Origin: an uncultured Alphaproteobacteria bacterium
Lineage (GTDB): Bacteria > Pseudomonadota > Alphaproteobacteria > UBA11222
Reading direction: 5' to 3'
DNA length: 64,000 nucleotides
Assembly (NCBI GenBank): GCA_947085295.1
Contig: CAMTVX010000028.1
Coordinates: 26,148-90,147 of the forward strand
Position 1 is the first letter of the stretch. The number at the start of each line of letters is the position of its first letter. Both the position numbers and the translations under genes were made by a program. A model generated the notes under the pieces. It did not search any database and had not been told where the DNA came from. It saw only the letters and a program-made list of their open reading frames with translations. This document shows, in pieces, positions 40,769 to 52,178 of this stretch.

Positions 40769-41635
40769 ATGATTAACTTTACCTTGGAGTATGCAGGGAG
40801 GGATGCCGACGATCATAAAATCGATTTTTATGATGTCGCTCACGCGATAATTGGATTCCAGCGTTCTTTGGCAATCACAACGCATCTTGTGCTCACTGGT
40901 GAGATAATCACTCAAGCGCCTTCGCTACAAAATGCAAGAATTCTTACTGTACCTCCGCAAGAAGGGAGTTGGGCAATTACCGCAATTATTGTTGGCGCGG
41001 TGTTTGCGGCCGGAACGGCCTCAAAAGATACTCCAATCGGTCATCTTATCCATTCCGCTTATGATTACATAATTTCCGAATTGCTTGGCTTTCATGTGGA
41101 TTACGAAAAATCGCTTGGTCAGCAGTATGAGCTTCTAAAGAAGGGGCCTGAATCAACAATACCAATGCTCGAACAGTCTAAAATGGATTCAGCAATTGAA
41201 AAATGTGAAGGTGCTATTAACGATATGCACCGGCCAATTTGGAAATCTCAAACGGCATTAACTGCCGAACTAATATCTCACATAGGTCTAGATAAAAAAA
41301 TATTTGGGCAGCAGCTGAATATAGAGACTTATGAACATATTAACTTCACTCGTAGAATATCTGATAATTATAGAATTTCCGGTCGCGTCTCTAGTTATAA
41401 TATCAATACCTACAAAGGACGTATTTTTCTTCCCGAAGAGAAACGCCCAATCCCATTTATTTTGGCAGATAAGGCAAAAAACAACCTCAGTGTTGAATTG
41501 ATCACGCGCAGCTTGACAATGAATGCTCGAAATAGATCCAGACCAGAGGGGAATATTAGCTGCATTGCATATCGGGATTTAAGTCGTACTGGGCGACTAA
41601 AAAGTCTGTTTATAATAGAGGTTTTAGCGGATTGA
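40769..41635 (+). CDS. Hypothetical protein, 288 aa, AT-rich orphan gene (island cargo); no family recognised.
   Basis: Coding GC ~42% against ~60% in the flanks. It lies immediately 3' of vapBC, inside a repressor/ParA/TA cluster. Mixed alpha/beta, with no TM helix and no common catalytic motif seen. Confidence 0.5.
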   Translation: MINFTLEYAGRDADDHKIDFYDVAHAIIGFQRSLAITTHLVLTGEIITQAPSLQNARILTVPPQEGSWAITAIIVGAVFAAGTASKDTPIGHLIHSAYDYIISELLGFHVDYEKSLGQQYELLKKGPESTIPMLEQSKMDSAIEKCEGAINDMHRPIWKSQTALTAELISHIGLDKKIFGQQLNIETYEHINFTRRISDNYRISGRVSSYNINTYKGRIFLPEEKRPIPFILADKAKNNLSVELITRSLTMNARNRSRPEGNISCIAYRDLSRTGRLKSLFIIEVLAD

Positions 41636-41700
41636 GCTAGAGACAAAAATTATAAAGCGAGTGCGGTGTCTAGTCCTCTTAGAGCCGATTTGTTCCCTGC

Positions 41701-44013
41701 TTATCTATGATGCCCTTTCGCATCTCGCAATGCCTGCCACATGGCGAACGGCGTCAACGGCATATCGACATGCGTGATGCCCAGATGCGCCACGGCGTCC
41801 AGCACGGCGTTTACCAGCGCGGGCGGTGCGCCGGTTGAGCCGGCTTCGCCGCAGCCTTTGATGCCCATCTCATTAGTGGTGCAGGGGGCGTTTTTGAAGG
41901 CGATGGTAAAATCCGGCATGTCATCGGCGCGCGGCATCCAGTAATCGAGGAAAGAGCCGCTGAGCATCTGCCCGGTTTGCGGGTCATACACCGCATGCTC
42001 GCCCAGCGCCTGGCCCAGTCCCTGCACGATGCCGCCATGCACCTGCCCCTCGACGATCATCGGGTTCAGCACATTGCCGAAATCATCCACGGCGGTATAA
42101 TTCAGCACACGGATGATGCCGGTTTGCGGGTCTATGCCCACTTCGCAGATGTGGCAGCCATTGGGAAACTGAAACGGCGTGTTGTGATATTCGCCATTGG
42201 CGCCAAGGCCCTCATTGCCATTGGCGCGCGCAGTGTCAAACAGGCTGATGGCGCGATCCGTGCCCGAAATTCGAAACTGCCCTGCTTCATATTCAATATC
42301 AACAGCGGCCGCTTCCAGTTGTTCGGCGGCGATCAGTTTGCCCTTGGCAATTGTTGCTTGCGCCGCGAGATTGGCCGCACCGCTGCCCATCAGGCCGGAG
42401 CCGGAGCCGCCCGAAAGCCCCCCACCCGGCCATTCATTCGTGTCACCACTGGTGACAGTAATGCGCTCAAACGGCACGCCCAGCGCATCGGCAATGATCT
42501 GCGCATACACTGTTTCATGGCCCATGCCATTGGACTGATTGCCCATGAACACCCGGATCGTATCATCGGGCAGTACATCGACGCGCGCGGTTTCCATCGG
42601 CGGGCCACCGGCCTTTTCCACATAATAGGCCATGCCGATGCCGGACAGTTCGCCCCGCGTCATGCGTTCACGCTTGCGTGGCCCAAAGCCATCCCAATCG
42701 GCAAGGCTTTTGGCCTCATTCATCACATTCAGAAAATCGCCACTGTCATAAATATAGCCACCGGAAGTGGCGTAGGGCATCTGCTCCGGGCGGATAAAAT
42801 TGCGCGCGCGCAGTTCATCGGGCGCAATGCCCATTTCACGCGCGGCGGCATCGGCCAGACGTTCGATGATATAGGCCGCCTCAGGTCGCCCCGCACCGCG
42901 ATAGGCATCGGTTGGCACCGTGTTGGTAAATGCCGGTGTAACATTGAGATACATCGCCGGAATATCATACACGCCGACCTGCAATCCACCCGCGCCCAGA
43001 CACGACACACCCGGCCCCATCACTGAGGCATAGGCACCCGTATTGGAAATTGTGCGCACCCGCACCGCCAGCATGCGCCCGTCTTTATCCAGCGCCAGTT
43101 CCGCCTCGTTCACCTGATCGCGGCCCTGATTATCGGTGAGAAAACTCTCAGAGCGTTCCGCCGTCCATTTCACCGTGCGGCCAATATGCTTCGCGGCCCA
43201 TAAGGTGGCAATCTGTTCGGGATACAAAAACGCCTTCATGCCGAAACTGCCGCCCACATCATAGGTGCGCACCCGCATCTTTTCAGGCGGTATATGAAAC
43301 ACCGCCTCGGCGGTTAATCCGCGCCAGCGAAACACCCCCTGGGTTGCGGTGTGCATGGTGTACTGATCCGTTGACGGATCATATTCCGCTATCGCCATGC
43401 GCGGCTCCATCGCATTGGCGACCAGACGGTTATTCACCAGACGAAGCCGTGTTACGTGATGCGCGCTGGCAAAGGCCGCATCGGTAGCGGCGCGGTTTCC
43501 CAGTTCCCAATCCACCACCAGATTACCCGGCGCCTCTGGCCAGATTTGCGGCGCGCCGGGGGCCAGCGCCTGAACAGCATCGGTAACGGCGGGCAGTTCT
43601 TCGTAATCCACCACTACCAGATCAACGGCGTCGCGGGCCTGCTGCCATGTTTTGGCAACCACCATCGCAACAGGATCGCCCGCATGGCGCGCAATATCCG
43701 TACAAAGCGCTGATCGGTGCGGCGTTACATTGGCGGGGCCACCATCCCGGCCGGGCAGCACGGCGATACACGGCATGCCGCCAAGCCCGGCGGTGACCAT
43801 GTCCTTGGCGGTTAATACGGCAATGACGCCTGGGGCGGCGCTGGCTTCGGAACTATCAATACCCATTATCCGGGCATGGGCATGGGGCGAGCGCACAAAA
43901 CAGACATAGGTCTGCCCTGGCACATTTACATCATCGCCATAACGGCCCTTGCCAATGATAAACCGGTCATCTTCCTTGCGACGATACGGTTGGCCAACAG
44001 CAAATATGCCCAT
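41701..44013 (-). CDS. Molybdopterin-binding large subunit of a xanthine dehydrogenase / CO dehydrogenase (CoxL-like) family molybdenum hydroxylase.
   Basis: 770 aa. The N-terminus MGIFAVGQPYRRKEDDRFIIGKGRYGDDVNVPGQTYVCFVRSPHAHARI and MoCo-binding segments (GGSFG, GxGxRE) are present. No adjacent 2Fe-2S or FAD subunit genes. Confidence 0.85.
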   Translation of the reverse strand: MGIFAVGQPYRRKEDDRFIIGKGRYGDDVNVPGQTYVCFVRSPHAHARIMGIDSSEASAAPGVIAVLTAKDMVTAGLGGMPCIAVLPGRDGGPANVTPHRSALCTDIARHAGDPVAMVVAKTWQQARDAVDLVVVDYEELPAVTDAVQALAPGAPQIWPEAPGNLVVDWELGNRAATDAAFASAHHVTRLRLVNNRLVANAMEPRMAIAEYDPSTDQYTMHTATQGVFRWRGLTAEAVFHIPPEKMRVRTYDVGGSFGMKAFLYPEQIATLWAAKHIGRTVKWTAERSESFLTDNQGRDQVNEAELALDKDGRMLAVRVRTISNTGAYASVMGPGVSCLGAGGLQVGVYDIPAMYLNVTPAFTNTVPTDAYRGAGRPEAAYIIERLADAAAREMGIAPDELRARNFIRPEQMPYATSGGYIYDSGDFLNVMNEAKSLADWDGFGPRKRERMTRGELSGIGMAYYVEKAGGPPMETARVDVLPDDTIRVFMGNQSNGMGHETVYAQIIADALGVPFERITVTSGDTNEWPGGGLSGGSGSGLMGSGAANLAAQATIAKGKLIAAEQLEAAAVDIEYEAGQFRISGTDRAISLFDTARANGNEGLGANGEYHNTPFQFPNGCHICEVGIDPQTGIIRVLNYTAVDDFGNVLNPMIVEGQVHGGIVQGLGQALGEHAVYDPQTGQMLSGSFLDYWMPRADDMPDFTIAFKNAPCTTNEMGIKGCGEAGSTGAPPALVNAVLDAVAHLGITHVDMPLTPFAMWQALRDAKGHHR

Positions 44014-44187
44014 GATTCTGGTTCCTTATGAATTTCAACAGACGCGGCCATCCTAGCAGACCACGGGCCTAATTCTGACAGATATTGCGCCAAATTGGCT
44101 ATTTGTGTATGTATGCTCAACTTTTGGCGTTTGAGGCCGGTTTACGCCCCTCTGCCCCGCCCGTTACGTAAGGATCAGCATAGGCTT

Positions 44188-44502
44188 ATGGAAACCGTCA
44201 TTATTGTCATTCACCTGATTTTGGCCATTGCGCTGGTCATTACCGTGCTTTTACAGCAATCAGAAGGCGGCGCGCTGGGCATTGGCGCAAGCCCTATGGG
44301 CGGCTTTATGACCGGACGCGGCGCGGCCAATCTTTTAACCCGTGTCACGGCCGTTCTTGCGGCAGGGTTTTTTGGCACATCTATTGTGCTTACCATACTG
44401 GCGCGCGACACTGTAACGGCCCCTTCGATACTCGATTCGGAGCCCGCTGTCGAAAAACCTGCGGCTGCACCCGAAACACCCTCGGTTCCTTCCTCGCAAT
44501 AG
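44188..44502 (+). CDS. secG: Preprotein translocase subunit SecG.
   Basis: METVIIVIHLILAIALVITVLLQQSEGGALG is the SecG signature; the ORF-track start was trimmed to this Met. Confidence 0.85.
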   Translation: METVIIVIHLILAIALVITVLLQQSEGGALGIGASPMGGFMTGRGAANLLTRVTAVLAAGFFGTSIVLTILARDTVTAPSILDSEPAVEKPAAAPETPSVPSSQ

Positions 44503-44536
44503 CGGCTGGAATCTGCTGCTTTTCATAATTATGTAA

Positions 44537-47046
<2,510 letters not shown>

Positions 47047-47108
47047 GCCGATAGCCCGGTCTCGTTTACACTAAATTCAACCAAAACCAGAACTGGGAGG
47101 AAGATAAG

Positions 47109-47618
47109 ATGGCGGTGAAGAAATTTCCCGTGGAATATACCCATATCATGATGTTTGCACGTTCCGTGGGGGACGATAATCCGATCTATCATGATGAGGA
47201 ATATGCCAAAAACACAGAGGTTGGAGGCATTATTGCGCCCCCGACTTTTGCGCAGGCGAGCGCACAGTTTGATCCAAACTTTTTTCTTCGGCCCAAGGTG
47301 GGACAGCCCTGGCTGGGTTCGGGCAAAACGCCCACCGGGATTGCGCCCAAGCCAAAGGTTGAAGGCGAGAAAAAAGAAGGCGGCGGCGGTGGCGGCCTGC
47401 ATGCGGAGCAGCATTTCGAATATCACCGGAATCTGCGCCCCGGCGACGTACTGAGCGTGACCGTGAAGCCCGGCAATAAATGGGAAAAAGAAGGCAAGCG
47501 TTCCGGCAAGCTGAAATTCTCCGAGACCATCAGCGAGTATCGCGATCAAAAAGGCGAGCTGGTGATCACCGCGCGCAGCGTCGGCGTTCAGACCGAACGC
47601 GTCGTCGAACAGAAATAG
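47109..47618 (+). CDS. MaoC-N-terminal-like (FAS1-type) hotdog dehydratase subunit with an internal poly-Gly stretch.
   Basis: Hotdog-fold protein with the insert EGEKKEGGGGGGLHAEQ; paired with a downstream MaoC dehydratase (HadA/HadB-like arrangement). Confidence 0.65.
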   Translation: MAVKKFPVEYTHIMMFARSVGDDNPIYHDEEYAKNTEVGGIIAPPTFAQASAQFDPNFFLRPKVGQPWLGSGKTPTGIAPKPKVEGEKKEGGGGGGLHAEQHFEYHRNLRPGDVLSVTVKPGNKWEKEGKRSGKLKFSETISEYRDQKGELVITARSVGVQTERVVEQK

Positions 47619-47633
47619 TGGGAGGGCTATCAA

Positions 47634-48056
47634 ATGCCGTTAAGCGCAAAAAAATTGAAAGTGGGCGACACCCACAGCGAACAGGTTGTTGAAAATCTGA
47701 CCCGCACGCAACTGGTCATGTATTCGGGCACTTCGGGGGATTATAATCCTCTGCACTCGGATGAAGTGTTTTCCACCCAGGTGGCCGGGTACCCGTCGGT
47801 TTTTTCTCATGGCATGCTGTCCATGGGGTTAACCGGAAAAATGCTGACCAATTATGTCGGCGACGGGCGGCTGACCAAATATGGCGTGCGCTTTTCAACC
47901 CAGGTCTGGCCGGGCGATGATCTGACCGCCACCGCAACGGTCGAGGCGATCCGCGAAGAAGGCGGCAAGCATTATGTCGATCTTGCCATCAGCACCCGCA
48001 ATCAAAAGGGCCAGGAAGTGATCGCCGGAAACGCCACCGCGCGGATTGATCCGTAG
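47634..48056 (+). CDS. MaoC family (R)-specific enoyl-CoA/ACP hydratase-dehydratase.
   Basis: MaoC hotdog motif ...YSGTSGDYNPLHSDEVF... Confidence 0.8.
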   Translation: MPLSAKKLKVGDTHSEQVVENLTRTQLVMYSGTSGDYNPLHSDEVFSTQVAGYPSVFSHGMLSMGLTGKMLTNYVGDGRLTKYGVRFSTQVWPGDDLTATATVEAIREEGGKHYVDLAISTRNQKGQEVIAGNATARIDP

Positions 48057-48067
48057 ACGCAGCTTCA

Positions 48068-48156
48068 GTCATTGCGAGCGTAGCGTGGCAATCCAGAGTC
48101 TCACGCGAAGAGCTGTGTTTGCGGCTCCTGGATTGCCACGCTACGCTCGCAATGAC
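48068..48156. repeat. Long perfect hairpin: 29-bp inverted repeat with a 31-nt loop between the convergent MaoC and pepF genes (REP/MITE-like, or a bidirectional terminator).
   Basis: gtcattgcgagcgtagcgtggcaatccag ... ctggattgccacgctacgctcgcaatgac; the two arms are exact reverse complements. Confidence 0.7.
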
Positions 48157-48188
48157 TACGGAGATGTTGGACGTGCTTCGCGCTGCTT

Positions 48189-49973
48189 CTAACCCGGCCC
48201 GGCTTCCAGTTCGTCGATAAAACCGCTGATCATCGAAAGACCGCCGCGCCAGAAGGCTGGATCGCTGGCATCCAGTCCGAATGGTTTCAATAATTCGCCA
48301 TAGCGTTTGGAACCGCCTGCGCGCAACATGGTGAAATATTTTTCCTGAAAACCCGATGCGGCATTGGAATAAACCGCAAACAGGGAGTTCACCAGACAAT
48401 CGCCAAACGCATAGGCGTACACATAAAACGGCGAGTGAATGAAATGCGGAATATAGCACCAGTAATTTTCGTATCCGGCCGACAGGTCAATCGATGGCCC
48501 CAGGCTTTCGCGCTGCACACCCAGCCAGATTTCGCCTAGCTGTTCCGGCGTCAATTCGCCCTGCTTGCGCGCGTCATGCACCCGGCGTTCAAATTCATAA
48601 AACGCAATCTGGCGCACCACCGTGTTCAGCATGTCCTCAACCTTGGAGGCCAGCATGGCGTGGCGTTCCACTTTGGTCTTTGCCGTTTTCAGCAGCGCCT
48701 GAAAGGTCAGCATTTCACCGAACACGCTGGCGGTTTCCGCCAGTGTCAGCGGCGTATCGGCCAGTAGCGCACCCTGCCCCGCCGCCAGCACCTGATGCAC
48801 CCCGTGGCCCAGTTCATGCGCCAGCGTCATCACATCGCGCAGTTTTCCCTGATAATTCATCAGCACATAAGGATGCGCACTGGGCACCGTTGGATGCGAA
48901 AACGCGCCGCTGATTTTTCCCGCAGCCGTGGGCGCGTGAATCCAGCGCGCATCGAAAAACTGCCGTCCGATTTCCGCCATTTCCGGCGCGAAATCCGCAT
49001 ATGCCGAAAGCACCGTCGTGCGCGCCTCGTCCCAGCCGATGCGCCGGTCGGCCTGATCCGGCAGTGGTGCGTTGCGATCCCAGAACGCCAGTTTTTCCTT
49101 GCCCATCCATTTCGCTTTCAGCGCGTAATAGTGATGCGATAATTGCGGATAGGAATCGCGCACCGCACTGACCAGCGCCGCCACCACTTCGGGTTCCACC
49201 TGGTTCGATAGATGCCGTGAGGTCGCCGGTTCCGGGTAATGCCGCCAGCGGTCTTCGATATCCTTGTCCTTGGCCAGTATGTTGGTGATCAGCGCAAACA
49301 GTTTGATGTTGCGCCCGAACACGTCGGATAATGCGATGGCGGCATCGGCCCGCAGGGCGGCGTCCGGTTCACTCAACAGATGCAGGGTTTCTTCTTCGGT
49401 CAGTTCCTTGCCGCGTACGCTAAAACGTAATCCCGCCACGGTTTCATCGAACAACCGGCTCCAGGCCGCGCGGCCCGTAACAGATTTTTCGACCAGAAAT
49501 TTTTCCAGCTCGTCCGATAGCTGATGCGGCCGGTAGACACGCAAATCCTCGACCCATGCGCGATAGCGGGCCGCCATAGGATCGCGCAGCATCTCCGCAA
49601 TGCGCGCATCGTCAATGCGGTTGATTTCCAGCGTGAAGAAAACCAGCACCGAGCCGATTTCACTGGCGCGCGCACCGGCATCGGCCTGAAAGCGGGCCAG
49701 GTCGGGATCATCCATATTTGTGACATAGACCAGCGAGGCAAAGGACAAAATCCGCCCCAGCGTTTCTTCTATCGCTTCATAGGCGCGGATCGCCGCGCCA
49801 AATGCCGCGCCATCCAGCGTGGCAAGTTTTCCCTGCCAGTCTTGCGCAAACTGTTTCGCGGCTGTTTCGGCCTGCGCAAAATCCGCCGCAAATTTCGGAT
49901 CATCAATGCCAGCATAGAGCGCGCCCAGATCCCATTCCGGCAGGTCACCCAGATATTTCTCTATTGCGGTCAT
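48189..49973 (-). CDS. pepF: M3 family oligoendopeptidase (PepF-like).
   Basis: Zinc motif HELGHGVH plus a downstream E; 594 aa. Confidence 0.85.
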   Translation of the reverse strand: MTAIEKYLGDLPEWDLGALYAGIDDPKFAADFAQAETAAKQFAQDWQGKLATLDGAAFGAAIRAYEAIEETLGRILSFASLVYVTNMDDPDLARFQADAGARASEIGSVLVFFTLEINRIDDARIAEMLRDPMAARYRAWVEDLRVYRPHQLSDELEKFLVEKSVTGRAAWSRLFDETVAGLRFSVRGKELTEEETLHLLSEPDAALRADAAIALSDVFGRNIKLFALITNILAKDKDIEDRWRHYPEPATSRHLSNQVEPEVVAALVSAVRDSYPQLSHHYYALKAKWMGKEKLAFWDRNAPLPDQADRRIGWDEARTTVLSAYADFAPEMAEIGRQFFDARWIHAPTAAGKISGAFSHPTVPSAHPYVLMNYQGKLRDVMTLAHELGHGVHQVLAAGQGALLADTPLTLAETASVFGEMLTFQALLKTAKTKVERHAMLASKVEDMLNTVVRQIAFYEFERRVHDARKQGELTPEQLGEIWLGVQRESLGPSIDLSAGYENYWCYIPHFIHSPFYVYAYAFGDCLVNSLFAVYSNAASGFQEKYFTMLRAGGSKRYGELLKPFGLDASDPAFWRGGLSMISGFIDELEAGPG

Positions 49974-49994
49974 AGGCGCCCTCTCAAAATAAAG

Positions 49995-50330
49995 TTACAG
50001 CTTTGACAGGACGGTATTATCTGCTTTCGCTGGAACGTACCGCACAACCTGAATTTCGTCCTGACGCTTTCTGGCCCGCGCCACGTCGTAAGCGTTCTGC
50101 ATATTCATAAGGGTTTCCATATCCACATCGAATGCTTTTTCCAGACGAATCGCCATCTCGGGAGAAAGCGATGCCCGGCCATTGAGCAAGGCAGAGAGCG
50201 CCGCGCGCGTAATGCCAAGAGCCCTGGCAGCCTGAGTAATAGTAAGACCCAATGGCTCCAGAATGATTAGCTTGACGAAGGCGCCTGGGTGGCCGGGGCT
50301 CTTCATCCGAATGCCAATGGTCTTGGTCAT
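49995..50330 (-). CDS. higA: HigA-family antitoxin (XRE HTH).
   Basis: [44 protein letters not shown]. It lies downstream of higB. The start was trimmed to MTKTIGIRM. Confidence 0.75.
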   Translation of the reverse strand: MTKTIGIRMKSPGHPGAFVKLIILEPLGLTITQAARALGITRAALSALLNGRASLSPEMAIRLEKAFDVDMETLMNMQNAYDVARARKRQDEIQVVRYVPAKADNTVLSKL

Positions 50331-50343
50331 TGCGACATCTCTC

Positions 50344-50631
50344 CTAATGATAGTCTTCGAAATCAAGATCAATAATCTCGGCATCATTGTTCACTCGAAA
50401 CGTGATGCGCCAGTTCTTGCTAACCGAGAGGCTCCATGTGCCTTTGCGGTCGCCGGTTAGTTGATGCGCTTTCCAGGCCTGAAGTCGCTGAATTGCCTCG
50501 ATGCCCGGCGCCGCTTGAAGAAACGCCATAATGGCTGCGATTTTCGCTGACTGTACGGCGGGCAATCCCGCTGGATCGTCTTGTGTAACCAGCCGACGCA
50601 GACCTTTATGTCGAATGCTTCGAACTTTCAT
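50344..50631 (-). CDS. higB: HigB / RelE-ParE superfamily toxin (plasmid maintenance system killer).
   Basis: 95 aa; the segment [37 protein letters not shown] matches HigB-type toxins. Toxin-first order is typical of higBA. Confidence 0.75.
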   Translation of the reverse strand: MKVRSIRHKGLRRLVTQDDPAGLPAVQSAKIAAIMAFLQAAPGIEAIQRLQAWKAHQLTGDRKGTWSLSVSKNWRITFRVNNDAEIIDLDFEDYH

Positions 50632-50733
50632 GGGAAAGGCTAGCAGAGAAACGCGGCATGTGTCAAGCTACACTATACAAACTCTATGGATTGGCCCTTT
50701 TTGCTTTCTGAAAGGGACGCAAGCCAGGTGTGC

Positions 50734-50985
50734 TCATACGCCGGGCAGCCCGACCGCCGCTGCATACAGTTCGATCAGCGCCTGCTGCTCGCTATAATCA
50801 TCGCGGTCCATTTTGCGCAGGCGTACAATATGGCGCATGATTTTAGGATCAAAGCCGTTGCCCTTGGCCTCGGAATAGACCTCCTTGATATCGCCAGCGA
50901 TGGTGGCCTTTTCTTCTTCCAGCCGTTCGATGCGGGCAATAAAGGCCTTTAATTGGTCGGCTGCGATAACGCCCCCGTCAGACAT
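50734..50985 (-). CDS. DUF2312 / UPF0335 protein (GapR-like nucleoid-associated protein of alphaproteobacteria).
   Basis: QLKAFIARIERLEEEKATIAGDIKEVYSEAKGNGFDPKIMRHIVRLRKMD matches the GapR family. Confidence 0.75.
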   Translation of the reverse strand: MSDGGVIAADQLKAFIARIERLEEEKATIAGDIKEVYSEAKGNGFDPKIMRHIVRLRKMDRDDYSEQQALIELYAAAVGLPGV

Positions 50986-51008
50986 GTTTCCTGCTCCCCT
51001 GAAAAATT

Positions 51009-51305
51009 TTAATCATGCTTTTTTGCGGCCGCCATCGCGGCCAGTTGTTCTGGTGTCGCCTCGGTCTGATACTTCGCCTTCCATTGCGCGAATGGCATGC
51101 CATAGACGGTTTCGCGCGCATCATCGCGGCTGATGTTCAAACCTTTTTCGTCGGCGGCCTCTTTATACCAGTCGGACAAACAGTTGCGGCAAAATCCCGC
51201 CAGAATCATCAGGTCAATATTCTGCACATCGGTGCGCGACGCCAGATGCCGGGTCAGGCGGCGAAAGGCGGCGGCTTCAAGTTCGGTTTGGGTCTGCTTA
51301 TCCAT
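51009..51305 (-). CDS. DUF1244 domain protein.
   Basis: MDKQTQTELEAAAFRRLTRHLASRTDVQNIDLMILAGFCRNCLSDWY; conserved small protein with a CxxC-like pair. The ORF-track N-terminal extension was trimmed. Confidence 0.6.
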   Translation of the reverse strand: MDKQTQTELEAAAFRRLTRHLASRTDVQNIDLMILAGFCRNCLSDWYKEAADEKGLNISRDDARETVYGMPFAQWKAKYQTEATPEQLAAMAAAKKHD

Positions 51306-51309
51306 CACA

Positions 51310-52068
51310 TTACCTTTCCAGTACATCCAATATAGGACGCAAATGCGCCGCCAGCAATTGCGCCCAGTGGGTTGCACCGGGTTTATCCACAATCAAATCC
51401 TGACGCAGCTCAATCAATACATGCGCCAGGCCATTTTTTGTGCCGTGCTGATACATGCAATCGCCGACCAGTTCGCCGGAATAGGGCAGATTATCGCCCA
51501 CACATAGATTGCCATCCGCCTGCAACGACGCCAGCATGGGTTGCGCAATGCGCCCGTCCTTATCCCACAATATGCCGATATGCCAGGGCCGGGTGTACCC
51601 CTGAAATACCGGCGTAAAACTGTGCAGCGACAGTATCGCAGGCGCAATGCGCATTGCGCGCGCCGCCGCAATGCGATCGGCAATCGCGCGATGATAGGGC
51701 TGGTAATAGCGCGCAACACGGTCCGCGATGGTCGTTGCGTCCGCAAAACGATTGCCGGGAATGATTGCGCCATCCGACAGTTTCATCACCAGCGTCGGGT
51801 CATCCGCCCCACGGTTCGGATCAATCAGCAGGCGGGAAAACCCGGCCAGCACCGCAGGCGCGTTTAACAGCCGGGATAATTCCGCCGTAACAGACGCCGC
51901 GCCAATATCATAGGCGATGTGCCGCGTGAATGCCTCGGCAGGCAGACCAAGATCGTTAAAGTCCGGCGGCACGGCATTACTGGCATGATCGCATACCAGT
52001 AGCACGGCGGGATCACCGTCCGGATTCAGAACGCGAAATGCTTCATGTTTGGAGGTATTTTCTGGCAT
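51310..52068 (-). CDS. N-formylglutamate amidohydrolase family protein.
   Basis: LLVCDHASNAVPPDF and later HSFTP motifs typical of the FGase family. Confidence 0.7.
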   Translation of the reverse strand: MPENTSKHEAFRVLNPDGDPAVLLVCDHASNAVPPDFNDLGLPAEAFTRHIAYDIGAASVTAELSRLLNAPAVLAGFSRLLIDPNRGADDPTLVMKLSDGAIIPGNRFADATTIADRVARYYQPYHRAIADRIAAARAMRIAPAILSLHSFTPVFQGYTRPWHIGILWDKDGRIAQPMLASLQADGNLCVGDNLPYSGELVGDCMYQHGTKNGLAHVLIELRQDLIVDKPGATHWAQLLAAHLRPILDVLER

Positions 52069-52178
52069 GGCTGATGTGTATCACGATTCGCGCTTTTAAC
52101 GCGGCACGGTAGAGGTGTAACACTTATTTACCACATATCAGGCTATACTCACGCTATCAATCTGGAGCCAAAATCAAT

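Noticed and set aside
37400-41650. Prophage designation for the repressor/ParA/TA region.
   Set aside because: No integrase, terminase, capsid or tail genes, tRNA or att repeats are visible. Only maintenance and regulatory genes are present, so it is reported as a mobile-element remnant instead.
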